Source: a virus | Virus record (IMG/VR): IMGVR_UViG_3300035674_000001 | Span: 1-64,000 of that record | DNA: 64,000 nucleotides | Strand: one strand, 5' to 3' | Shown here: piece after piece, positions 28,389-38,123 of the stretch | Layout of the letters: each line of letters begins with the position of its first letter | How positions within the stretch are numbered: the stretch's first letter is position 1 | Made by a program: the position numbers and the translations under genes | The notes under the pieces: model-generated | Told to the model about the DNA's origin: nothing | Databases searched by the model: none | What the model saw: the letters and a program-made list of their open reading frames with translations, nothing else

Positions 28389-29298
28389 TATTCAAAGGCA
28401 CAAAATCGGTGCTGTTAAGATACCAGTATCTCCTATTAAAGATGGAGATGTTACTGTTTTAAGGTTAAGCGCCGTTGATATTGATTTGCCAGATATAGGA
28501 TCTAAGGCAATTGAAGAGTTAAAACAGCAAGCTACAACAGCTAAAAAAATTAGCGCCAATCAATTGCAGTATGCACAAGAGCGCTTTAAGATTGAGCAAG
28601 TTATTAAAGAGACAACAAGAAATTTAGAGTTAATTGAAAATGAAACTCGTTACAGAAAAGGAAGAGTAAGGCGTAATTTATTATGGCTAGAAGAAAGATT
28701 AAGCAAATATCCTGAAGAATTTCAAAAAGATGATTTACCAGCACCAAAAAGCTTTTCAGAATTAATTGAAACACGAATCAACTATAAATACAGCTCTGTA
28801 GACGCAGAATTCCGAGCAGCTCGTGTAGAGCGTGATTTAGGAGTAGCTCTTGGAACGTTTTCTTACTATACGCTTAAGCCGTTATTTTTTGCCAATGTCT
28901 ATAAGTCTAAATCTGGAGCAAGTAGCAGCAAAGATAGCAGCGGTTTTAAAAAACTATATGGCACATACAAGAACGAACAAGCTTTTCAGCTTCAATTAAA
29001 AGCATTTCTTTTAGCTTGTGAATTGGCTGGGGTAAGTGCAATACCTAGTCAAGGATGGCGCAAGGATGCCAAGAAGTACAAACCAACTGAATTTTCTAAA
29101 ATAGAACCTTCGCATATACAGCTAGCAGTAAAGACTATTAAGGCAGAGCTAAATATTACTGGTGAAAAGAAGCCTAGAGTTAAAGAATTTACTATCAAAG
29201 AACAAGAATTAGATGCTCGATGCACTCAACTTGAAATGCAACTAGCAGAATGGAAAGAATTTGCTTTGATGCTGCTAACCAACCTAAATCACACTTGA
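28372..29298 (+). CDS. hypothetical protein
   Basis: 308 aa. The ATG overlaps the end of the XRE gene. The 3' end overlaps the portal 3' end by 10 nt. Confidence 0.5.
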   Translation: MTTRFNIQRHKIGAVKIPVSPIKDGDVTVLRLSAVDIDLPDIGSKAIEELKQQATTAKKISANQLQYAQERFKIEQVIKETTRNLELIENETRYRKGRVRRNLLWLEERLSKYPEEFQKDDLPAPKSFSELIETRINYKYSSVDAEFRAARVERDLGVALGTFSYYTLKPLFFANVYKSKSGASSSKDSSGFKKLYGTYKNEQAFQLQLKAFLLACELAGVSAIPSQGWRKDAKKYKPTEFSKIEPSHIQLAVKTIKAELNITGEKKPRVKEFTIKEQELDARCTQLEMQLAEWKEFALMLLTNLNHT

Positions 29299-31160
29299 TT
29301 TTGCGGTGATGATTTACCCGCACCTTGCTCTCCTTGTTGAGCAGAAGATTGCTGTTGAGACTGATATTCTCTAGTGCTTTGGTTCTGTGAATTAGATAAA
29401 GATAACGTTTCGTTGATACGATTTGCTACAACATTTTCATTTACTTCATTGGATAAAGATGCTGCGATGCGCTGATCTTGCAGCATTTTTGTTAGGTCAA
29501 TAGTACTAAAAATATCAACCCCGGTAGCCAAGGCATTGGCTACTCCAAACTGAGTTAAAACTCCTCTGTCTAATAAATACGCAATAGCACGAGACAATAT
29601 TTCTTTTGTCTTTGCTTGCTGTTCTGGCGATTCAACAAAAATTGGCTCTCGTGTAACTTGCCATTTAGTTGGTTCGTTACCGTTTAGCGGGTTAGACTTA
29701 CATGCGTGCAAAATAGGGATTAATTCATCTTCAATTTGTGGCAACATATCTGAGCCTTGGCGAGTGAAAACATAATCACTCCAATCTTGCCGAGACTGAT
29801 TTCCTCCACCAGTATTGTTAGAAACCAGCGCAGAATTTAGCGCATCGCTAGAAGTTCTATTAAGTAGCAAACTTAATGGCAAGTCGCACGAACCCGCTGC
29901 CATTTGCGCTAAATGCTCTAATACTTTTTCTATGTTGGCGTAATTCCTAGAAAGTATTTCATATTTCTCATGCTCTCCATCTAGCGCTAATATGCCTAAT
30001 GCATGGCGCAAAAAAGCGATAGTACGCACATGCTCTTTAACTTGTTCTTTTTTTCCCGCAGCTATTTTTTTGGCGAGATCATGAATAAATAATACAGTCT
30101 GGCTAAAACTTTGCAAGCTAGATGCAATACAGTTTGAGCCTTGAATGAAATTAGTAATAGGGATAAACGCTCTGTCCATTACAGAATATCCCCATCCATT
30201 ATTGATTCGTCGGAGCTTCTTGTTTACTCTTCTACCGTGAAATGCTATTACCCGACTGGCATGAATAATATTATTTCCAGTTCGGCTTGTATTGTCAGCA
30301 CTATTAAAATTAACTTGATAAGTTTCTACCTTGCCATAATCTTTACTTGATGCATCTTGGTTGTAAGAACTAGCAATTAAATCTTCACTGGATAAGACAT
30401 TATAACCGTCTATGTCCCAGAGGCTATCTAAATCAAGCGGCTTGTCTATACCTGTACTGCCATCGTTAGCAAATAGCACAATTCCTGCTCCGCCTTGTTC
30501 TCTAGATTCTTCAAGCGCTTCTTGAATAAATGGCTTGATAGCTTTAAGTTTTTTCTGCATCCAGAGTGTCATTTTTAAGCCAGATTCACCCTGGACTAGC
30601 ATTTCTTCAATGATGCTTTGTAGCTGAACTGAAACAGCATGAAGGTTTGATGTAGGTAGATCTGAAGCTTGACTATTAAAAGTTTGTTCTAGATTAACTG
30701 GATCGCTTAGGCTAAATTCAGATACCCTGCCTTCGACTGAATGAACAGCTTGATTAATTGAACGTTCGATTAATGGTCTGATTTTTTCTAGCCTTGCTTG
30801 AGTTTCCGCGGATAAAATATTAGAATTTGAAGTATTGCATGAATAAGTAATAAACTTACTGCACATTGCAGCAGGCAGTATTTCAACTAAGTTGCCAAAA
30901 ATAAAGCTGTTGTGTCGCCATAGTGTACGCTGCCAGGGTGTTAAATTAACAGGTGAGATTCGCAAAGAGCTAGGGTTAAGCAAGTCTTTCCCAGCTTCTC
31001 CTAGACCAGAATGAAGGTTTACTAGTGCGTTATCGTGTTGAACCTGTTCAATAAAATCAGTGAGTGCATCTTGATGAAACGAAAACTGCTCATCTAATTG
31101 ATCTTGTAGACTAATATCTTTAGGCTCAAATGGATTAGCAAAAGGATTAGATTTAGGCAT
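29289..31160 (-). CDS. portal protein (DUF1073 type)
   Basis: 623 aa. Its size, its pairing with DUF2213/DUF2184-type genes, the core ...NNGWGYSVMDRAFIPITNF... and the Q/S-rich C-terminal tail support the call. Confidence 0.75.
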   Translation of the reverse strand: MPKSNPFANPFEPKDISLQDQLDEQFSFHQDALTDFIEQVQHDNALVNLHSGLGEAGKDLLNPSSLRISPVNLTPWQRTLWRHNSFIFGNLVEILPAAMCSKFITYSCNTSNSNILSAETQARLEKIRPLIERSINQAVHSVEGRVSEFSLSDPVNLEQTFNSQASDLPTSNLHAVSVQLQSIIEEMLVQGESGLKMTLWMQKKLKAIKPFIQEALEESREQGGAGIVLFANDGSTGIDKPLDLDSLWDIDGYNVLSSEDLIASSYNQDASSKDYGKVETYQVNFNSADNTSRTGNNIIHASRVIAFHGRRVNKKLRRINNGWGYSVMDRAFIPITNFIQGSNCIASSLQSFSQTVLFIHDLAKKIAAGKKEQVKEHVRTIAFLRHALGILALDGEHEKYEILSRNYANIEKVLEHLAQMAAGSCDLPLSLLLNRTSSDALNSALVSNNTGGGNQSRQDWSDYVFTRQGSDMLPQIEDELIPILHACKSNPLNGNEPTKWQVTREPIFVESPEQQAKTKEILSRAIAYLLDRGVLTQFGVANALATGVDIFSTIDLTKMLQDQRIAASLSNEVNENVVANRINETLSLSNSQNQSTREYQSQQQSSAQQGEQGAGKSSPQNQV

Positions 31161-31171
31161 TTTAGTTGATT

Positions 31172-31528
31172 ATGGATAATCAATATAAAGGTAATGAAAG
31201 AGATTCAAGCACTCCTGATAGCCTAGGTGGTTCAGAAGAGTTTACTTGTGTTGAAACATGTCCTGTGCGAATAGCGCTAGAGCAAAACATAATTCGCCAC
31301 CAAGAAAATACCAAAGCGCAAAAACTTTATTATGCAGAAAAAGGCTTTAGTTATATTAACGCATTTATTTGTCTAGGATTCTATTTGCTCATTAGCTATG
31401 ATTACCATAAAACTAATGAAACCGTCCCAGTCTATATCACTGTGATTGTGTTTTTAAGCATAGCCGCAGCAATAGGAGTTAAGACAGACAAAGTGGCTGA
31501 AACGCTGGGAAAGCTGCTGTCTAAATAA
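31172..31528 (+). CDS. two-TM membrane protein (accessory)
   Basis: ATG 31172. Hydrophobic helices: FSYINAFICLGFYLLISY and VYITVIVFLSIAAAIGV. Confidence 0.5.
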   Translation: MDNQYKGNERDSSTPDSLGGSEEFTCVETCPVRIALEQNIIRHQENTKAQKLYYAEKGFSYINAFICLGFYLLISYDYHKTNETVPVYITVIVFLSIAAAIGVKTDKVAETLGKLLSK

Positions 31529-31545
31529 GTTACTTACTTGGTGGG

Positions 31546-32301
31546 TCAAGGTCGTGGGTCAAAGTCGCTTTTGCCAGCACCACACATAGAACAAAAGTTT
31601 CCTTCTAATCCACCTGAGCCACAGGCGCAGCAATGCCAATATTCGTTTAAGTGTTTTTGCGTTCTAGCGCTATAGATACTATTCAGCAAAGGCAGCGTAT
31701 TTAATATGATGGAAACTAACTGAGGTGAAATTCCAAATCTATCTTTGTTGATTTCAACACTACGATAAATATTGCCATCATTATGCCTTTTGCATGCAGC
31801 CAGCCAATCGCATATCATCTCAACAATATCAACAAGATTCATTCCGTTAATATTACTTTCTAGAGCTTGCTTGTGTGCTTCAATAATATCAATTGCGTAA
31901 CCAAAAACATATTCGTCTTTAGGATATGAAACTTGTATCTGTTTTAACCCAGCAAGTACATTTTCACATCTTTCAATTGCACTTGTATCTTTTGCACAGT
32001 CTTCAAAATACTCTGGGTGATGTCGGTTGTTTTTATAATGATGACCTAGTGCTAACTTTTTCATTTGCTCTAAGCATCTTTTATATTCATCACTTCCATA
32101 TGTTAAACCTGCTAATTCGTTTGTAAACTGTTCAAACATCTGCAATTCTGGCGATTCAAGCTTTGAGCGATCATGAGAAAACATTCGTCTTGAAATCTCA
32201 TGCTTTACTGTTTCTAGCAATTGCATAACCAACTCGATATGTTTGAGAGTTTCCCAGTTTGTAGCTTTTTGCTTTTCAGACAATGGCTCTGTGTTGTTCA
32301 T
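31546..32301 (-). CDS. DUF5662-like (HD-type) protein with C-terminal zinc ribbon
   Basis: The motifs SHDRSKLESPE ... YGSDEYKRCL ... GHHYKNNRHHPEYF match my recollection of the DUF5662 family. The C-terminus reads CCACGSGG...CSMCGAGK. ATG 32301 is preferred over the TTG at 32325. Confidence 0.5.
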   Translation of the reverse strand: MNNTEPLSEKQKATNWETLKHIELVMQLLETVKHEISRRMFSHDRSKLESPELQMFEQFTNELAGLTYGSDEYKRCLEQMKKLALGHHYKNNRHHPEYFEDCAKDTSAIERCENVLAGLKQIQVSYPKDEYVFGYAIDIIEAHKQALESNINGMNLVDIVEMICDWLAACKRHNDGNIYRSVEINKDRFGISPQLVSIILNTLPLLNSIYSARTQKHLNEYWHCCACGSGGLEGNFCSMCGAGKSDFDPRP

Positions 32302-32383
32302 TTGCAAGATAAATAGTTTTGTCAATAAAGATATTTTATACTAAATACATGGATGTGCTAAGTAGCTTATAAGATTAGCTGAC

Positions 32384-33103
32384 ATGAGCTTTATAGAAAA
32401 ATTTATTCACTGGCTTAAACGAGTTATCTCCGGAGAAAGCCAGCCAAATCAAGCTGCATCAGTGTTTGGTAAAGATACTACCTCTGCTGTGTCTTGGCGT
32501 GAGGGTGAAGGTATTTTTATTTGTGAAGGCGTATTACCAAACAATACTCAACTAGGTTGCTTTTATCGCCTAGAGTGTAAGGCTGTAAGAGCATCAAGAA
32601 CTCGCACATCTTATGAGGTTAGATGTGCTAACGAAAATGCGCTAAGTAAAACACCTACTCATAAATTCACATTGACATATCAAAAGCCAGTTATTTTAAA
32701 TGGTAGCGTTAGCCTAAGCGCACCCATCTTTGTGTTTAATATAGAAGTTAGTTGCTTTATTCCTGTAAAATCTGCCAGTCAAGGCGATAGCTGGACAGCA
32801 TCTCAAGACTGGATTGCTGTTATGAATATTGCTCCCGCCATTCGAGATGAGATTATTGCAATTTGCTGGGAAGGTAGCTCAGAAGAAAAGATAAGAATTA
32901 AAGGCACGGTTTTAAAAGAAGGTCAAAAATTTAGCGATTTAGCACCTGAAAAACGTAAGAGCAAGGCTGAACGAATAGAACAATACAATACTCGAAAGCT
33001 TTGGCTGACTCCCTATCCTAGTCTCATTGACAACCAAAGCGAAAAAAAGTGGAGAGAGTTTATCCTAGAGAAATTAGCGCAAATAGAAAACCCCTCTTTG
33101 TAA
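32384..33103 (+). CDS. hypothetical protein (accessory)
   Basis: 239 aa with ATG start and its own terminator. No motif recognised. Confidence 0.5.
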   Translation: MSFIEKFIHWLKRVISGESQPNQAASVFGKDTTSAVSWREGEGIFICEGVLPNNTQLGCFYRLECKAVRASRTRTSYEVRCANENALSKTPTHKFTLTYQKPVILNGSVSLSAPIFVFNIEVSCFIPVKSASQGDSWTASQDWIAVMNIAPAIRDEIIAICWEGSSEEKIRIKGTVLKEGQKFSDLAPEKRKSKAERIEQYNTRKLWLTPYPSLIDNQSEKKWREFILEKLAQIENPSL

Positions 33104-33111
33104 GAGGGGTT
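33089..33111. terminator. hairpin terminator overlapping stop of 32384..33103
   Basis: AACCCCTCTT-TGT-AAGAGGGGTT. It could also end the minus-strand unit 33333..34055. Confidence 0.6.
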
Positions 33112-33332
33112 GCTAGCTATTTGTTAGCTATATTGTTTAAACTAATCTTACTTGATTGGGTGCTTGATTAGTAATCAGTCAACTAATGCTTCCTCTTGAA
33201 AACACATACAAGTCAATTCCGTCCGGATCGGACTTTACCACTTTATTGGCAATTGCCTAAATGTTTTCCTGTCCTTCTTCCTATCGTGATTTCCCCATAG
33301 TTGTACTGGAACGCTTCATGCTGCCACTTTTA

Positions 33333-34055
33333 TCAAGAATAATTGTGTAGTCGCATTGGCTTCAAGACATAATTATTATGTCTTTTCTTGTGGCTATTAT
33401 TTTGACTGGTAGCTTTATCAAAAGCTTCCCTTTTTTGATTAAAGGCAAAAAACTCTTCTAGTAATCCTCTATCTCCTCCCAGCTCAGCCAAAGCAGACTC
33501 AACAGTATCAACAATGATTTTCTTGCTGTACTTTGGGTAAAGCGACTCAGATATATAAAGCTTGTCTTTATGAGCATTGTGACAAGGCACAAGGAAAAAT
33601 GTAGCATATAAATGCTGAGTGATAGGATTATACGCAATGCCTAACGGATTGAAATACTTGGCTCTTTGCGAAATAAAGTTAGTTGAATAAAAGCTATCGC
33701 TTTCTACTTGTTGCAAAGAAACATAGGTTTTAATGACAAGTTGATCTACAAGTATTTGAAGTACTGAATCAGGATGAGTATATGATTCAGGATTAGGGTC
33801 AATGATTCCTTGTTGCAATCTAAATAAATCTTTTTCACCCTCTTTGATGGCGTCATACATTTGCAACAAGTTTTCATAGCGATTTGTTTGCAAGCAAACT
33901 TTATCGCCGGGTTTTAGTTGATTTCCCCATTGAATATATCCATCCCATCCGCCAAGCGTAGCTGCTTGCACATGCGCTTTAGTTAGAGAGTTAGATCCAC
34001 CTAACACCAAGTCATAAGAAGTAGGCTTAGCTTCGTCTTTGTTGTTGTTAGTCAT
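33333..34055 (-). CDS. hypothetical protein (accessory)
   Basis: ATG 34055 (track TTG at 34061). 240 aa. No motif recognised. Confidence 0.5.
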   Translation of the reverse strand: MTNNNKDEAKPTSYDLVLGGSNSLTKAHVQAATLGGWDGYIQWGNQLKPGDKVCLQTNRYENLLQMYDAIKEGEKDLFRLQQGIIDPNPESYTHPDSVLQILVDQLVIKTYVSLQQVESDSFYSTNFISQRAKYFNPLGIAYNPITQHLYATFFLVPCHNAHKDKLYISESLYPKYSKKIIVDTVESALAELGGDRGLLEEFFAFNQKREAFDKATSQNNSHKKRHNNYVLKPMRLHNYS

Positions 34056-34111
34056 TTGCAACTTATATGTAAACTACTTGACTTTAGTTTAACTTGACTC
34101 TCTGCGCTAAA

Positions 34112-34147
34112 TCAAAGAAAAAGCCGCCTTGATGTGGAGTGGCGGCT
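34112..34147 (-). terminator. rho-independent terminator after the terminase gene
   Basis: On the minus strand: AGCCGCC-12 nt-GGCGGCT followed by TTTTTCTTTG. Confidence 0.85.
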
Positions 34148-34183
34148 CAGTAGATAGCTGCTTGTCAGATTCTATCCTACTCG

Positions 34184-36139
34184 CTAGCTTTTTATTGCAT
34201 CAAGCCTCTTAATCTCAGACAATGTAAACATCCAGCGAGTACTATCTTGGCTATCAGCATAAGATGCTGCGATGTGAAGCAAGATATCTCGAATTACTGG
34301 ATAATCATTTGGATCTACACGAATAGAATGACCCAGATGAATTGATTCGCTGATACTAGCCTTAAGGAACTCTAGTTTGTTAATTGGAACGCCGCCATGC
34401 AACTGAGCTAGCTGTATTAGATCAGTGTTGCCTACTAGTGCATCTAAATAATCAAATCCTAGCTCATCGGCAGTGAATAGCATCATACACATGTCAAAGA
34501 AATCGGGTGACTTTATCCCACGTCGCAGCATTTCTTTTTTGCTTTCAACTCGAATCTGACCCCTGTCTGTGTAGAAAAACTTCGGTGAGCTTAATTGACC
34601 TCTTAGTTCGGAATGGTAAGGCACTGCTATTAGCTCTTTTAGTGGATGCTGCTTACCTTTGGCAATAAACTCATATGTCTTCTCAAATCTTAGCCGTAGT
34701 CGCCAAGCGCACTCAGCTCTAAGATTCTTGAATATCTCTTTGCTTTCTCTGCCGCCGAACTCATCCCATATCTCGTTGGTGCATTCATAGTTTCCATTGA
34801 AGCCAGCATGTTCAAAGCGATAGTCTGCCGACTCTAGTACACCTGCGATACCAGCACCAACGCCAACATTGTCATAAATGAAGTTGGTTACACTAAATGC
34901 TTGGCAAAGCTCGATTGCTCTCCAAGCTGTCTCAGTTGTACCAGAATCACGCCAAGACTCAATGAGAATCAGGCAGATTCCCTCTCGAACACCAAACACG
35001 TTTTTGCTATTTCCTGAATAAGCTACGTCGAGCGCTCCAATACGAGAAGAACCAGTTACATCGAAAAAGGTCATTCTATTAACTAAGTTAGATCCAACTT
35101 TGGCGTGATAACTATCTTGGTATTCTTCGTGATTGTATTTATCAAGTCCAAGCAATTTACCTAATTGAATAGCAGCATCCACATGAATGGCTGGAATTAA
35201 TAAGTTTTCAGTACCGCCAGAATAATCAAGATTAATTTCTCTAGCAAAGACTACTGGATCAAGCGTCTCTCTATCTTTCTCGTAGTCTTTTTGAGAGTAA
35301 CTCAGATTGTCTTGATAAGTGAAAGTAAAAACAGAATACTTACCAGAGTTTCGTTTAGTAACAAAACTGTTACCTGTTGGATCTTTCGGAGGTGTACTGA
35401 CATAAATGACTGTGTTGGTGTTTTTGACTAATGCAGCATCAACTATATCAGCTCGTGCAATATAAGCGGCTTCATCAACGAAGTAGACTGTATTACGTCC
35501 ACCTCGACCCATTGAGTCGCCACCTTCGCCAGTGATCACGCTGTCATTAGCAGGATTCACAAGGCGCATAAACTTATTGTGCTTTGTCCACTTGAACCCA
35601 CTAGGTAGCATCCACCCCGGCAAGTGCCTTAGAATAATTCTCAGTTTCTCAAAGATGCAATCAGGGTCATCTGAGCGATCTACTAAATCTTCTACCCTAG
35701 AGCCAAATGCAGCCTTAAACCCCGGTTCAAACAACCAAGAATGAAGTGCATACGCACAGGACAAGTAAGTTAATCCTGCTCCTCTAGTTTTTTCAGCTAT
35801 CCCGGATTCTTTGTTAGCTCGACGTTCATCAATCCAGTTTAAATAATCTTTTTGGCGTGGATATAAAACTACAGGAATTAAAGCAGGTTTACTGGGTAAG
35901 TTTCTTGGCTCGTAGAAATAAACCCAGTTGTCGATCCAGTAAGCCTTGTTACGCCTGCACATCTCCATTTCGTAGGCTCTGAGGGTAGGCTTGTCGTTTA
36001 AGTTTTGCCATCGCTCACGTCGCCTAATGAGTAGGTCATTTAACAGGGAAACATTGTTAAAATTAGAACTAGATCGACTCTGATTAGTAGTATCTTGGGT
36101 ATTAGAATTAAATGGCTGATTGGAATATGGCAACGACAT
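34184..36139 (-). CDS. terL: terminase large subunit
   Basis: 651 aa. Walker A-like: EKTRGAGLTYLS. Walker B: NTVYFVDEAAYI. A C-terminal nuclease-type half is present, and the portal gene follows downstream on the same strand. Confidence 0.85.
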   Translation of the reverse strand: MSLPYSNQPFNSNTQDTTNQSRSSSNFNNVSLLNDLLIRRRERWQNLNDKPTLRAYEMEMCRRNKAYWIDNWVYFYEPRNLPSKPALIPVVLYPRQKDYLNWIDERRANKESGIAEKTRGAGLTYLSCAYALHSWLFEPGFKAAFGSRVEDLVDRSDDPDCIFEKLRIILRHLPGWMLPSGFKWTKHNKFMRLVNPANDSVITGEGGDSMGRGGRNTVYFVDEAAYIARADIVDAALVKNTNTVIYVSTPPKDPTGNSFVTKRNSGKYSVFTFTYQDNLSYSQKDYEKDRETLDPVVFAREINLDYSGGTENLLIPAIHVDAAIQLGKLLGLDKYNHEEYQDSYHAKVGSNLVNRMTFFDVTGSSRIGALDVAYSGNSKNVFGVREGICLILIESWRDSGTTETAWRAIELCQAFSVTNFIYDNVGVGAGIAGVLESADYRFEHAGFNGNYECTNEIWDEFGGRESKEIFKNLRAECAWRLRLRFEKTYEFIAKGKQHPLKELIAVPYHSELRGQLSSPKFFYTDRGQIRVESKKEMLRRGIKSPDFFDMCMMLFTADELGFDYLDALVGNTDLIQLAQLHGGVPINKLEFLKASISESIHLGHSIRVDPNDYPVIRDILLHIAASYADSQDSTRWMFTLSEIKRLDAIKS

Positions 36140-36480
36140 TTGTTCCCTTGGTTGAATTGGCTGATGGTTTAAAGTTTAGATATCCCGTATATGCAAAAGT
36201 AGAGCAGCATGAAAATCTGTTCATTGCCTACTGTCCCACTGTCGGATGTTCTCGACACGGGGGAGATTACGAGGATACTCTAAATGACTTGAAGCGGCAA
36301 ATCATTAAAGAATACCGTGATTTGCTGAGTAGGTATCCAGATCTCAATGATGAGCAAACAGACCTAGTAAAAATCATGTGTGCATTGCTGGGTGAAGAGA
36401 TGCCTATCAAAGAAAGTATACGAAAGTTGGTGCAAGAAGGCATCAAAGAACATCTTTCGGGTAACAAAAACGAACAATGA
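36127..36480 (+). CDS. HicB-like (UPF0150 fold) small protein
   Basis: YPVYAKVEQHENLFIAYCPTVGCSRHGGDYEDTLNDLKRQIIKEY fits the HicB antitoxin-fold pattern (Y...e.d..y.a..P.l.GC...G.t.eEal....eai). Either ATG (36112 or 36127) overlaps the terL start codon region on the opposite strand. Confidence 0.35.
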   Translation: MATTFVPLVELADGLKFRYPVYAKVEQHENLFIAYCPTVGCSRHGGDYEDTLNDLKRQIIKEYRDLLSRYPDLNDEQTDLVKIMCALLGEEMPIKESIRKLVQEGIKEHLSGNKNEQ

Positions 36481-37007
36481 CTCTTAGAGGATTTAAGAGA
36501 GTAGTAATTTCAGATCCGCTGGGAGAGATTACTACTCCTTTAGAAATCATCCCCGGCACAGACGGCTACATGAGATCATCTGTTAATGTAGCGAAAACAA
36601 AAGGTCGCACTTATCGAGGTACGACTATTATTCAACAAAGTCTATATTCAGATTATCTTAATTGGACGCTGGTAGAAAACTTAGCAGAAGAAGAGAAGAA
36701 ACGTCTGCTAGAAACCTATATTGAGATACAGCAATACAGACGCGAAAATCCCATCTTATATCCTCAGCCACATTTCTTGCTAGCAGATGAGTTTAGGCTA
36801 ATTGAGGTAAGAAAAAGTTTACTAAGTACAAGTAACAGGATCACTTTAATTAGTGGCACAAGCATAGCCAATCCTTATACTGATTTGCTACTTAGCGGCT
36901 ATGGAGTATTTCGAGTTGAATTGAGCCTAGAAGATAAGGCTGAATATATTAAAGAGATTACCAACTGCAAATACAAGTTAAGTTTTAGCTGCACCGAAAT
37001 CAAATAA
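36477..37007 (+). CDS. hypothetical protein
   Basis: 176 aa. ATGA overlap with the preceding gene. Confidence 0.5.
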   Translation: MTLRGFKRVVISDPLGEITTPLEIIPGTDGYMRSSVNVAKTKGRTYRGTTIIQQSLYSDYLNWTLVENLAEEEKKRLLETYIEIQQYRRENPILYPQPHFLLADEFRLIEVRKSLLSTSNRITLISGTSIANPYTDLLLSGYGVFRVELSLEDKAEYIKEITNCKYKLSFSCTEIK

Positions 37008-37012
37008 GTTAA

Positions 37013-37480
37013 TTAAAATCCAACAGCGTGAATTGCGCTAGCTTCTCCTGCTTCTCTCATTCGTATTAGCATTTCCGCGTATTGCTTAGGAGTTAGAATA
37101 ACCCATTTTCCTGTAAAATCGGGAGTCAATCTCATTACTCTAAAGCTTTCAATGTCTCGCCAGCTCTCATCTTGCTTGTTAACTGGGTTAGGCTTGTCAG
37201 AAAGCTTGTACAGGCACAATAAAGCGGGTATACCAGCCATCTGAGCAAGATTCTGAGTTACCTGGTAGCCTTTGAAAGACTGACCAATATCTTGTGCTGT
37301 TTCAATTAACGCTATGGGTATTTTGCTGTATTTGTTGTATTCAATCCACATGCAGACATCAATGTCAATCATAGACAACTCATAAGCTCGTTTGTCTGAT
37401 ACGAATCGCTTAATTGAGTTCATGCGATGCCAAGCAGAATAAGATAAATCTATTTCGGTAAATTTTCTATTTTGAGGCAT
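37013..37480 (-). CDS. hypothetical protein (possible PD-(D/E)xK-like nuclease fold)
   Basis: 155 aa. The segment MIDIDVCMWIEYNKYSKIPIALIETAQD loosely fits D...E.K. Weak. Confidence 0.25.
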   Translation of the reverse strand: MPQNRKFTEIDLSYSAWHRMNSIKRFVSDKRAYELSMIDIDVCMWIEYNKYSKIPIALIETAQDIGQSFKGYQVTQNLAQMAGIPALLCLYKLSDKPNPVNKQDESWRDIESFRVMRLTPDFTGKWVILTPKQYAEMLIRMREAGEASAIHAVGF

Positions 37481-37522
37481 GGCTAATCAAGTTAGTTGTA
37501 AAAAGAATTAATAGACACAGAG

Positions 37523-37551
37523 AAGCCTGCGCTGTATTTGAGTGCAGGCTT
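37523..37551 (-). terminator. weak hairpin after 37564..38025
   Basis: AAGCCTGC-13 nt-GCAGGCTT. Confidence 0.4.
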
Positions 37552-37563
37552 AACGCATTTGAT

Positions 37564-38025
37564 TTATGTAGCGGATTGAATTGACTCTAAATCATATTCA
37601 AAGAGGTATCCATCAAATTGATCAAACAATTTAACTTCAGCTAATGATTGTTTTCCACCTCCAACTCGAATTAAAGCACCAGTATTGATGTACTTAACAA
37701 ACTCTTCACTTTCGTCACCCCAAGAATTTCCTATCAAGACTATCTTGTGATTAACTGGATACCAAATATCTTGCATTGATAGCGCCGTTTTGCAAGCAAA
37801 CCCAGTTGTTAAATATTTACGTTGACTTACCAACTCATAGGCCAAGCCAGGTATGCCAAGATTTGTTAAACCTGAGACAACTTCAATTTGCTGACCAGGA
37901 AAGCTGATTTGTGCAAAAATAATTTCAATCTCAGCAAAAGCTTCTATTAAACACCAAGTAGCAATTTGCCTATCAAATAACTGCTGACTGTATCCTACAA
38001 CTCCAACCTTAAATGTATCTAGCAT
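37564..38025 (-). CDS. Rossmann-like SLOG/LOG/DprA-superfamily protein (tentative)
   Basis: 153 aa. KVGVVGYS...IEVVSGLTNLGIPGLAYELV...IVLIGNSWGDESEEFV...GALIRVGGGKQS resembles LOG/DprA-type nucleotide-binding folds. Confidence 0.3.
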   Translation of the reverse strand: MLDTFKVGVVGYSQQLFDRQIATWCLIEAFAEIEIIFAQISFPGQQIEVVSGLTNLGIPGLAYELVSQRKYLTTGFACKTALSMQDIWYPVNHKIVLIGNSWGDESEEFVKYINTGALIRVGGGKQSLAEVKLFDQFDGYLFEYDLESIQSAT

Positions 38026-38054
38026 TGAACTAACTCGATATGTTTACATATTCA

Positions 38055-38082
38055 AGCTTAAAACATTATCAACAAAAGTCAA
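38055..38082 (-). promoter_or_regulatory. sigma70-like promoter TTGACT-16-TAAGCT (CTTGACTTT box) for 37564..38025
   Basis: On the minus strand: TTGACT (38082-38077), 16-nt spacer, TAAGCT (38060-38055). It lies just after the terminator at 38097-38123. Confidence 0.45.
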
Positions 38083-38096
38083 GCTGAGTACAGAAA

Positions 38097-38123
38097 AAAA
38101 CCCGCTAAAGTTTAGCGGGTTTT
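38097..38123. terminator. bidirectional rho-independent terminator
   Basis: AAAAAAACCCGCTAAAGTTTAGCGGGTTTT: a GC stem flanked by an A-run and a T-run. Confidence 0.9.

Noticed and set aside
33150-33260. Possible tRNA in the 230-nt spacer (stem GTCCG-GAT-CGGAC).
   Set aside because: The loop is only 3 nt. There is no GTTCRANYC T-loop, no acceptor/anticodon arm arrangement and no cloverleaf that can be drawn. I found no tRNA-like sequence elsewhere in the window by eye.
14896-36139. Inteins or introns in DnaB or the large terminase.
   Set aside because: The DnaB (470 aa) and terminase (651 aa) lengths and motif spacing are normal. No Cys/Ser...HN splice-junction blocks or homing-endonuclease motifs were seen.
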